From: Gemmatimonadota bacterium
Lineage (GTDB): Bacteria; Gemmatimonadota; Gemmatimonadetes; Palauibacterales; Palauibacteraceae
DNA: 21,656 nucleotides
Direction: 5' to 3'
Assembly: GCA_039588275.1 (NCBI GenBank)
Contig: JBDHAC010000060.1
Location: forward strand, 1-21,656
The notes beneath the pieces are model-generated. The model had not been told where the DNA came from, did not search any database, and worked only from the letters and a program-made list of their open reading frames with translations. Shown one piece after another: positions 7,565 through 15,034 of this stretch (positions within the stretch are counted from its first letter, which is position 1; every line of letters starts with the position of its first letter). A program made the position numbers and the translations under genes.

Positions 7565-9105
7565 CAGACCGCCGCTCCTTCCTCCATGGAACTCGGGCCG
7601 ATCTCTTCCATCGGCTTCCCGAAGAACACGGACCATACAGTGCACAGGATGAAGATCGCGCCGCCCAGCGCGGCCAGCAGGCCGCCGATCGCGGTCACCG
7701 CGATCAACAGGTCGACCGCGGGGCTGAACTGGAGATCGAAGGGCGCGTTGGCGAACGTGATATCCCAGTGACGGCGCGGGACGCCGAACGTTCCCGCGAA
7801 CGTCATCGCGACCGAGAAGATCAGCATGCCGCCCGCGAACAGGTACGGCTGGATCTTGGCCAGGCTCCAGAAGGCGATCTTCTTCCGGAAGATCAACGGG
7901 ACCACGTAGTAGGTGACCCCCATGAACGCGAGCGCGGTCCCACCCACGACGGTCGCGTGGAAGTGGCCCGGGATCCGCAGCGTGTTGTGCGCGATGATGT
8001 TGATCTGCTCGGTCCCGAACGTCACTCCGGTGATCCCGCCGACGAAGCCGAAGATGATGACCGAGAAGATGAGCGCGCTGAATCCGGGGTCGCCCCACGG
8101 GGCCCGGCGCAGCCACTCGAACATCCCCTTCGTGAAGCCTCGGATCCGTTGCCCGACCTCGATCCCTGCCGGCACGGTGAAGCCGTGGATCATGCTGGCC
8201 AGCACGGCCATGTACATGAAGTAGCTCGTGTTCACGACCTTCCAGGCCGGGCCGAAGCCCGGGTCCACCAGCAGGTGGTGGGCGGAGGCCATCGAGATGA
8301 ACAGGATGTAGAGGACGAATGCTGCGCGGCTGATCTTCTCGTTGATCACGGTGGCCCCGACCGTGAGCGCCCCGAGCAGGTACCAGCAGGCAACCATCGC
8401 GGCGACGTTGATCTGCTGCGACGAGTGACCCAGCCCCCACCACACCATCCGGTAGACCTGGGCATCCACGTTCCCGATACCGATCGACCACAGCCAGGTC
8501 GGGATGTAGATCGCCGCGCCGTGAGCCAGCGTGATCACCGCGATGATCGCGGCCGTCAGGCCGCCGAACGTCACCAGGGGGACGGATCCCTCGTACGTCT
8601 TCTCGCGCTTCGCGACGACGAGGGAGGCGAAGAAGATGCAGGTGACGAGCAGGGCCCCGACCGCGAACAGGATGACACCGAGATAGAACCAGTGGTCGGC
8701 CTGGAGGGGCACGTAGGAGGTGAACAGCACGTCCGCGCGCCCCGCGAACATCATCCACTCCACCATCAGCGTCCCGATCACCATCAGACCGAACGAGGCC
8801 CAGGCGAGCTTCGGTACGGGTACGCGGCAGTTGAGCAGGACGGGCCCCGCGAAGTAGAGCACCGCCATCTCGAAGAAGATGATGAAGAAGATGAGCATGT
8901 TCATCCCGTGGATGGTCAGCCACCGATAGAACGGGATCACATCCAGCAGGTGAATCGCTTGCCAGCGGGTGAGCAGCACGAGGATGGCGGCGAGCCCGCC
9001 CACCAGAAGCGTGACGGTGGCAACTACCGCGTTCGCCTTGATGAGCGCATCGGCCTGACGGTGGACTCTCAAGCCGGTCGTCGCGCAGGTTCGGAAGTCT
9101 CTCAT
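7564..9105 (-). CDS. Heme-copper oxidoreductase subunit I, B-family-derived, probable eNOR-type nitric oxide reductase catalytic subunit
   Basis: All six metal-ligand His are present (TIHG, GHSSQQ, AHH, GHFH), plus RR (VPRRHW). The His+4 position is Gln, not Tyr. Databases may label it cytochrome c oxidase subunit I. Confidence 0.85.
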   Translation of the reverse strand: MRDFRTCATTGLRVHRQADALIKANAVVATVTLLVGGLAAILVLLTRWQAIHLLDVIPFYRWLTIHGMNMLIFFIIFFEMAVLYFAGPVLLNCRVPVPKLAWASFGLMVIGTLMVEWMMFAGRADVLFTSYVPLQADHWFYLGVILFAVGALLVTCIFFASLVVAKREKTYEGSVPLVTFGGLTAAIIAVITLAHGAAIYIPTWLWSIGIGNVDAQVYRMVWWGLGHSSQQINVAAMVACWYLLGALTVGATVINEKISRAAFVLYILFISMASAHHLLVDPGFGPAWKVVNTSYFMYMAVLASMIHGFTVPAGIEVGQRIRGFTKGMFEWLRRAPWGDPGFSALIFSVIIFGFVGGITGVTFGTEQINIIAHNTLRIPGHFHATVVGGTALAFMGVTYYVVPLIFRKKIAFWSLAKIQPYLFAGGMLIFSVAMTFAGTFGVPRRHWDITFANAPFDLQFSPAVDLLIAVTAIGGLLAALGGAIFILCTVWSVFFGKPMEEIGPSSMEEGAAV

Positions 9106-9734
9106 CGCTCACCCCCCGCGTTGATGGCCGCCACTCCCGCGGGCTCGATCTCGTAGGCGGTGCCGGTGGATACGGGAGCCTCCGAGTCGGTGATGCCTCC
9201 GTCGTCCACGACGATCACTCGCCCGAGCATGAGATGGTGGCCCGCGCCGCAGTACTCGTTGCAGATGATCCGATACTCGCCGGCTTCCTTCGCCAGGATC
9301 CTCAGGCCATAGTCGTAGCCCGGGACGACCTGGAAGTTGATGTTGAGCGGGTAGAGCGCGAAGCCGTGGTTCAGGTCGAGCGAGGACAAATGCAGCGTGT
9401 ACTCGGTGTTCGCCCGGAGCCGCAGGATCGGCTCCCATGCCCACATCCGACCGAGCAGGTACACGTCGCTCCCGGGGGGCGGCTCGACGATCGCGATCCC
9501 CTGGTCCGTTCCCACCTGGTATTGCTGGATGAACTCCTGGGTGCGCGCCTGGAAGGCCGTGGGATCGACCTTGCTCCGGATTCCGGATGGGTTCTGACCG
9601 CCCTTCCAGTGCCACAACGGCATCATGGCGAACAACACCATGCACCAGGCGAAGGCGATGGTGACCCACACCTTTTCGCTCTTGTGGGCCGGCTTCCACC
9701 AGACCCCGCGCGGGGGTTCGAGTCCGGTATGCAT
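9102..9734 (-). CDS. Heme-copper oxidoreductase subunit II (CuA cupredoxin, single TM), partner of the eNOR-type subunit I
   Basis: DLNHGF...ICNEYCGAGHHLM CuA motif and one N-terminal TM. GGAGG RBS 5 nt before the ATG; ATGA overlap with subunit I. Confidence 0.9.
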   Translation of the reverse strand: MHTGLEPPRGVWWKPAHKSEKVWVTIAFAWCMVLFAMMPLWHWKGGQNPSGIRSKVDPTAFQARTQEFIQQYQVGTDQGIAIVEPPPGSDVYLLGRMWAWEPILRLRANTEYTLHLSSLDLNHGFALYPLNINFQVVPGYDYGLRILAKEAGEYRIICNEYCGAGHHLMLGRVIVVDDGGITDSEAPVSTGTAYEIEPAGVAAINAGGER

Positions 9735-9746
9735 GCTGGCCTCCGG

Positions 9747-9920
9747 TTATGGGAGGGGCGCTTGCGGGAGACGGACGATCTCCAGCAGGCCCCACAGGGT
9801 GTAGACGACGGCCATCACGAGGAATCCGGCGATCAACAGCAGGAACGGGCTGTCGAACAGCCGTTGGCCCAGCGGAATCGAGCTCTCGGGCGTCGGGGTG
9901 CCCTCATCCGAGGCAGTCAC
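9747..9920 (-). CDS. 57-aa single-TM membrane peptide, putative small subunit of the eNOR-type complex
   Basis: Below the ORF-track cutoff. Manual translation gives MTASDEGTPTPESSIPLGQRLFDSPFLLLIAGFLVMAVVYTLWGLLEIVRLPQAPLP*. GTG start with AAAGGAG 6 nt upstream; it fills the gap between Rrf2 and subunit II. Confidence 0.8.
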   Translation of the reverse strand: MTASDEGTPTPESSIPLGQRLFDSPFLLLIAGFLVMAVVYTLWGLLEIVRLPQAPLP

Positions 9921-9968
9921 GGGCTTCTCCTTTCGTCGTGATGGGTCTCACTTCGGCGCCCGGCACTT

Positions 9969-10418
9969 TCAAGGGCGCACGGCCAGACTGACGCGACGGG
10001 CGTCTGGCCCGTTCGGCCGGGTCTCCTGGATCAAATCCTGAACGGTCGTCTCGCGGAAGAACGCCGTCACACGGTCGACCATTTCCTTCCAGCGGTGGTG
10101 AGCCGCGCAGGGGCTGCTGTCACTACAGCGTGTCCGCCCGAGCAAGCACTGCTGGCGACCCTCGAGCTCGTCGAAAGGCTCGACAACGGCGAGTAGCGGC
10201 AGCGCGGCGGCCGGCACGGTCAGCTCAAAGCCTCCTCCGCGACCCCGAGAAGACGACAACAGGTCGCGCTTGGCGAGCGTATGCAGGATCTTCGACAGAT
10301 AGTTGCGTGGGATCGAAAGATCCTCGGCGATCGCGTCCACCGGAATCGGGTGCTCGCCCTGGTGCTCGGCCAGGTACAGCACGGCGCGGAGAGCGTACTC
10401 GGCAGTCTGCGACAGCAC
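9969..10418 (-). CDS. Rrf2 family transcriptional regulator with three Cys (Fe-S binding, IscR/NsrR superfamily)
   Basis: MLSQTAEYALRA, IPRNYLSKIL and SSRGRGGGF wHTH motifs; CLLGRTRCSDSSPCAAH Cys cluster. Confidence 0.93.
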   Translation of the reverse strand: MLSQTAEYALRAVLYLAEHQGEHPIPVDAIAEDLSIPRNYLSKILHTLAKRDLLSSSRGRGGGFELTVPAAALPLLAVVEPFDELEGRQQCLLGRTRCSDSSPCAAHHRWKEMVDRVTAFFRETTVQDLIQETRPNGPDARRVSLAVRP

Positions 10419-10436
10419 TCCCTACACCGTCCGTGG

Positions 10437-10473
10437 CATATATCTTGATTTTCTCATGCGAATATGATAAATA
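10437..10473. promoter_or_regulatory. AT-rich divergent promoter / putative Rrf2 operator
   Basis: CATATATCTTGATTTTCTCATGCGAATATGATAAATA is an AT-rich island with imperfect dyad ends (CATAT...ATATG). It lies in the 109-bp gap between the divergent Rrf2 and cytochrome b fusion genes. Confidence 0.45.
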
Positions 10474-10527
10474 CGCGCCGGGGGGACGCGCAACCCCCGA
10501 ATTCGGCGGACTGGAGGAGATGACGGC

Positions 10528-12099
10528 TTGAACGCCGTGCGGACGGGAACCGAGCATATCAGGCGGGCGCTCCGAGCCACTCTGTTGCGGGCGGACGCAG
10601 CGATGAACCGCCTCTACGGACACCGCTTCAACCCGCTGTATCACAGCGGGGTGATCGTGGTGGCCTTGCTCGTCGTGCTGCTCGTCACGGGCGTGTACCT
10701 GCTGTTTTTCTATCGCATCGGCGATCCGCACGGATCCGTCGGTCGCATCACCGACCAGGCCTGGCTGGGGAGCTGGATCCGGGCCCTGCACCGCTACGCG
10801 TCCGATGCCGCCGTGGTCGCCGCGGTCGTGCACGTTTTTCGGCTGTTCGCCCAGGGGCGCAGTTGGGGACCACGCACGTTGGCGTGGGTCTCGGGGCTGT
10901 TCCTGATCTTCGTGCTGTTCGTGTCCGGCTGGACCGGCTACGTGATGGTGTGGGACCTCCAGGCGCAGCTGTTGGCGATGGAGGGCGCTCGCTGGCTGGA
11001 CGTGCTCCCGATCTTCTCGGAGCCGATTGGCCGCGCGTTCGTCGGCGAGGGCAACGTCCCGGAGGCGTTCTTCTTCCTCAACCTGTTCCTGCACATCCTG
11101 CTTCCGATCGGGATGTTCGTCATTCTTTGGTTGCACGTGTCCCGGGTGGCGCGCCCCGTGCTGTCACCGCCCCGCGGTCTGTTGTGGGGCGTGATCGGGC
11201 TCCTGACGGCGCTCTCGGTCCTGTGGCCGCCCGGCATGGAGCCCCCCGCCGACCTCTTCCGGCTGCCCGGGACCGCTGCGCTCGATGTCTTTTACTCCTT
11301 CTGGCTCCCCGTAACGCGGGTCATGCCAGCGGGATGGGTTTGGATCGTCGGGCTCCTGCTCAGCGGGGTCGCTCTGTTCGCGCCGGCCTGGAGTCGCCCT
11401 GCGCAGGCTGAGGTCCCCGCACCTTCGAAGGTGTCGGGCCGCCTCTGCACGGGCTGTGAGCAGTGCTACCAGGACTGCCCGTACGAGGCCATCACGATGA
11501 TGGAGCGGCACGATGGTCGGGGCGATCTGATCGCCGTGATCGATCCGGAGCTTTGCGTCAGCTGCGGGATCTGCGCCGGCTCGTGTGCTCCCATGGGCGT
11601 CGGCCCGCCCGGGATCACGGGCCGCGACCAGCTCGCCGAGATCGAGCGCTTCATCGCGACCGTTCAGCCGGGCGCGGCGGATGTGGTCCTCATCGGGTGC
11701 GAGCACGGGGCCCTGGGCACGACCGAGTCGTTCGAGGAGGCTCGGGTCTTCCCGATGCCGTGCGCCGGCAACCTGCACACCTCCGTGATCGAGTACCTCG
11801 TGCGCGCCGGAACGGGAGGTGTGATCGCCGTGAGCTGCCCACCGCGCGACTGCTGGAACCGCGAGGGCCCCAAGTGGCTGGAGGCGCGCGTGTACGAGGA
11901 TCGCGAGGCCGAGCTCAAGCCGCGTGTCGACCGACGCCGCGTACGCATCGTACACGCCGCTCCGGGAGAGCCGCGCGTCGTCAAGGCCGCGCTCGCCGCG
12001 TTCCGTGAAGAGATCTCTGCCCTGGCACCTATCGCGGCCGAGGCCGAGATCGAGATGGATGTCGAGTGCGAGCCAGCGGAGGTGGAGGTGGCCGGATGA
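10528..12099 (+). CDS. Fusion protein: cytochrome b/b6-like diheme membrane domain + 2x[4Fe-4S] ferredoxin + MvhD/FlpD-like iron-sulfur domain
   Basis: Paired heme His in IRALHRYASDAAVVAAVVH and FLHILLP...LWLH; GWTGYVMVWD; CTGCEQCYQDCP and CVSCGICAGSC; IGC...MPCAG...SCPPRDCWNREG (MvhD-like Cys pattern). TTG start with GGAGGAG RBS. Confidence 0.85.
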   Translation: MNAVRTGTEHIRRALRATLLRADAAMNRLYGHRFNPLYHSGVIVVALLVVLLVTGVYLLFFYRIGDPHGSVGRITDQAWLGSWIRALHRYASDAAVVAAVVHVFRLFAQGRSWGPRTLAWVSGLFLIFVLFVSGWTGYVMVWDLQAQLLAMEGARWLDVLPIFSEPIGRAFVGEGNVPEAFFFLNLFLHILLPIGMFVILWLHVSRVARPVLSPPRGLLWGVIGLLTALSVLWPPGMEPPADLFRLPGTAALDVFYSFWLPVTRVMPAGWVWIVGLLLSGVALFAPAWSRPAQAEVPAPSKVSGRLCTGCEQCYQDCPYEAITMMERHDGRGDLIAVIDPELCVSCGICAGSCAPMGVGPPGITGRDQLAEIERFIATVQPGAADVVLIGCEHGALGTTESFEEARVFPMPCAGNLHTSVIEYLVRAGTGGVIAVSCPPRDCWNREGPKWLEARVYEDREAELKPRVDRRRVRIVHAAPGEPRVVKAALAAFREEISALAPIAAEAEIEMDVECEPAEVEVAG

Positions 12100-12764
12100 G
12101 GCGCTGGGCCAGGTACTCCGTGGCCGGCACCCTGGCCATCGCCGCCACGCTCGGGATCCGCGGGCTGTCTCACGTCCCATTCGTCGGCGAGCGCGATCCG
12201 CGGGCGGTGGTCCGGCTCTCGTGGAGGGTGCTCGGGCAGCAGATCCAGGAGTGCCGACGCCTCAGCCCCGAAGAGCTTCAACAGCTTCCCGCTCACATGC
12301 GGCGTGAAGAGGCGTGCGAGGGTCGCGTGGCACCTTACCAACTCGACGTTCTCGTGGACGGCGTCCTCGCCGACAGCGGGCTGATTCGTGCCTCCGGCGC
12401 GCGCCAGGATCGGCCGATCTACGTCTTCCGGGAGATCTCCGTCGACCCGGGTGAGCACCGGCTCGAGATCTCGTTCGTCAGCGAGCGCCCGGCCGGACGG
12501 CAAGCCGAAGAGCTCGGCGTGCGGGACGCGGCCTCTGCGGACCCCACTCGCGCGCGTCCTGACTCCGGCGCCTCACAGGCGCCTTCGAGCCGCGCCCCCG
12601 CCACGGTACGAACGGCGGACGCGGCGCCAGCGGAGCTACGCCTCGATACCCGCCTCGAGCTGGGGCCCCGAGAGATCGTGCTCGTCATCTACGACCCGGA
12701 GAAGCGGGAGCTGGTGCTGCAGGAGCGCACGCCCGGCCGAGCCGGTTCGGCGCAAGATCGTTAG
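12096..12764 (+). CDS. Hypothetical membrane-anchored protein with C-x14-HM-x5-C segment, coupled to the cytochrome b fusion
   Basis: The ATG at 12096 overlaps the upstream stop (ATGA, with GGAGG RBS). N-terminal basic+hydrophobic anchor (MRRWARYSVAGTLAIAATLGI); ECRRLSPEELQQLPAHMRREEAC; beta-rich remainder. Confidence 0.75.
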   Translation: MRRWARYSVAGTLAIAATLGIRGLSHVPFVGERDPRAVVRLSWRVLGQQIQECRRLSPEELQQLPAHMRREEACEGRVAPYQLDVLVDGVLADSGLIRASGARQDRPIYVFREISVDPGEHRLEISFVSERPAGRQAEELGVRDAASADPTRARPDSGASQAPSSRAPATVRTADAAPAELRLDTRLELGPREIVLVIYDPEKRELVLQERTPGRAGSAQDR

Positions 12765-12824
12765 GCGTCAGCCAACCCACGCACGAGCACCCGGGATGTA
12801 ACGACCGGATCTCGAGCGCGCATC

Positions 12825-14813
12825 TCACCGTCGCGTGACCTGCATCCCCGGCAGGTTCTCCATGCGCCAGATCTCGCCGCGGTCCTCGCCCGACCGGAAC
12901 GCGATCCGGTTGCCGTCGGGGTGCAGACCAAACCCGCCCCGGTGGAGCGGCAGCTCGCCGAGGACCGTAACTTCGCCGCCGGTTGCCGGGACCATGAGGA
13001 GCTGGCACGGCCGCGGGTCGGGTGTCTCACCCCGGGTCCTTGGCTTCGCCTCGTCAAACAGGAGGAAGTGACCGTCCGGGCTCCATTGAACCCCCCCGCA
13101 ATCGCCCATGAGAGGGTGGGCCTCACTCCACCCGCGGGACCAGACTTCCAGGGGGGGACCGCCGGCCGTGGGGACCACCAGCAGATGTTTCACCCGGGCG
13201 TTGAAGTCCCGGTCGAAGAACGCGAATTGGCTTCCGTCGGGAGAGAGCCACCCGTTTGTCAGCATCTGAGGATACCGGGGTCGGTCGCTCCACACGTGGA
13301 GCTCGATCTCCTCGCCGGTGGCTCTCTCTCGGGCGACGAGCGTGTGCGTCGAGTCTTCACCGGACCAGCGCACGACGAAGGCCCTCTTTCGGTCCGGTGA
13401 GTCTTCGAGGAAATAGACACTCGAATCGCCGGGAGCGTCAGGTTCGCGGAGCGGTTCCACGGTTCCCCGACGCAGGTCGAGTCGGTGCACACCGCTCTCG
13501 CCGGTCTCCAAATCACGCCCGTTGAGAAAGATGCTCGCTCCGTCGGGAGTCCAGCGAATCCAGTTGTTGGCCGAGAAGGCTTGCAGCGGCATCTCACGGC
13601 CTTCCTCCCCGCTCACCGACCGGATCACGAGGTAGTCCCTGTCGGCCGCCACATCATGGCTCACGTAGGCCAGCTGAGCGCCGTCCGGTGACCAGTCAAA
13701 GGCGCGGACCTGTCGAGAGGTCGGCTCCTCGATCGGCATCGGAGGTGAGATGATGCGACCCACGGACAGATCCACGCCGGCCACGAAGATCTGCGGCCGC
13801 TGTGTGCGCACCCCGTAATACAACGCGTCGCGCGACAGGCCGATCGGTTCCATCCGCCACACGTCCCCCCGCACCAGTTCGGGTTCGCCCGCCGGTCGGC
13901 CGATTGCCATCGGGAGGCGCCACACCCCTTCGGTGAGCTCCCGGTCGCTGTAGAAGAGCAGGCTGCCGTCGGGCAGCCAGCCGATGACCCGTTCGATCGA
14001 TGGACCGCCGACCACCTCGACGGGGGCACCCCCGTCGAGGTCGATCACGGAGATGTCTCCGTTGGACGGGCTCGAGGGCGACATGTCGTCCTCGAACGCC
14101 ACCCAGCGGCCGTCGGGTGAAACGGCCGCAAGCGCGGGTCCTGCGTTGGGCGGGAAGACATGTACGGTGCGGGCGGCGCCGTCTTCCACGGAGACGAGGG
14201 TCAGATATCCTCGCGACTCCCGCCATTCCCGCCCCCCCGTCTCATGGGGGTACAGGGTAGCGAGCAAGTGACGACCGTCGGGCGCCCAGCCGTGAAGGTC
14301 CGGCCACCAGATCACCGATCTTTCGTCGTGGGTTGTCCTCTCACCCGTCCACAAGGTTCGCACATTCGCATGATCCATATCGGTGACGCGGAGCTCGTAG
14401 TGGCCGGGCTCCGTGTACCATGCGTACGCGATGTGTCGCCCATCGGGCGAGAATCTCGCCATCTCGCTGTAGGCGTAGGAACTGACCCACTCGTCGTCCT
14501 TCTTCCGGGTGACGCGTCGCATCGCTCCCGTCAGCAGGTCGAGGATCGCAAGGTCGCCCGTACTCCAGTCCGTTTGGGTCACATAGCGGCCGTCCGGCGA
14601 GGAGCTCGTCCCCCAGAAGTCCGGACTGGGCCCCTCGTACATGCGTCGAAGTACGATGTTCGTGTCGCCCACGGCGGACGGGGCGGTTGAGCTCGGCTCC
14701 CAACTGCCCGCGGCCGACGCTCGAGCGAGTGCCGCCTGGCTGGAGTCCTGGAGACAGCCCGCGAGCGCGGTGGCAAACACGAGAGTAGCGATCGTGGCCG
14801 TTGTTCTGATCAT
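12825..14813 (-). CDS. TolB-like/PD40 beta-propeller lipoprotein
   Basis: Start moved to ATG 14813 (GAGGAAGAG upstream), giving the signal peptide MIRTTATIATLVFATALAGC (lipobox LAGC). More than ten SPDG/WxPDG repeats suggest a double propeller. Confidence 0.82.
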   Translation of the reverse strand: MIRTTATIATLVFATALAGCLQDSSQAALARASAAGSWEPSSTAPSAVGDTNIVLRRMYEGPSPDFWGTSSSPDGRYVTQTDWSTGDLAILDLLTGAMRRVTRKKDDEWVSSYAYSEMARFSPDGRHIAYAWYTEPGHYELRVTDMDHANVRTLWTGERTTHDERSVIWWPDLHGWAPDGRHLLATLYPHETGGREWRESRGYLTLVSVEDGAARTVHVFPPNAGPALAAVSPDGRWVAFEDDMSPSSPSNGDISVIDLDGGAPVEVVGGPSIERVIGWLPDGSLLFYSDRELTEGVWRLPMAIGRPAGEPELVRGDVWRMEPIGLSRDALYYGVRTQRPQIFVAGVDLSVGRIISPPMPIEEPTSRQVRAFDWSPDGAQLAYVSHDVAADRDYLVIRSVSGEEGREMPLQAFSANNWIRWTPDGASIFLNGRDLETGESGVHRLDLRRGTVEPLREPDAPGDSSVYFLEDSPDRKRAFVVRWSGEDSTHTLVARERATGEEIELHVWSDRPRYPQMLTNGWLSPDGSQFAFFDRDFNARVKHLLVVPTAGGPPLEVWSRGWSEAHPLMGDCGGVQWSPDGHFLLFDEAKPRTRGETPDPRPCQLLMVPATGGEVTVLGELPLHRGGFGLHPDGNRIAFRSGEDRGEIWRMENLPGMQVTRR

Positions 14814-14908
14814 TCTCTTCCTCGCGGTGCGATGGCGGCCGCGCGTTCGGGCGCTTGGCCCGATCGAGCGGCACCTGGGGCTGCCTCCGAAGGCTCGCCA
14901 GGGATCAT

Positions 14909-15018
14909 TGGAAGGACCGCGCCGCATTACGTGAAGTCGTGTAACTAATTGTAATATAGAGCGGTGTGTATTTTGATCGCAGGTGATTTATAGGCGAATC
15001 CTGTAACGGCCCATTGCA
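14909..15018 (-). promoter_or_regulatory. Putative sigma54-type promoter module (degenerate -24/-12, IHF-like site, enhancer dyad) for the beta-propeller gene
   Basis: Minus-strand CGGCGCGGTCCTTCCA (-12 is TTCC rather than TTGC), TTACAA-TTAG-TTA IHF-like site, and dyad TGTAAC-GGCCC-ATTGCA at 15002-15018. Same spacing as the module at 18256-18365. Confidence 0.5.
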
Positions 15019-15034
15019 CTCCGGGCGCGACTCG

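Noticed and set aside
7564..9105. Calling this gene cbb3-type ccoN, coxA or norB (cNOR/qNOR)
   Set aside because: Its partner is a CuA subunit II rather than a c-type cytochrome. Helix VI has neither HPxVY nor the HLWVE Glu of cNOR/qNOR.
7565..9112. First ~516 codons of the 581-aa alternative-frame ORF 7367..9112, and antisense ORF 7543..9156
   Set aside because: They overlap subunit I and are Arg/Pro/His-rich with no recognisable motifs. Only the last 65 residues look like a real protein and were called separately.
12084..12099. 16-mer GGAGGTGGCCGGATGA identical to 20830-20845
   Set aside because: Both are RBS + ATGA stop/start junctions encoding EVAG*. This is best explained by convergent translational-coupling constraints rather than a mobile-element target duplication.
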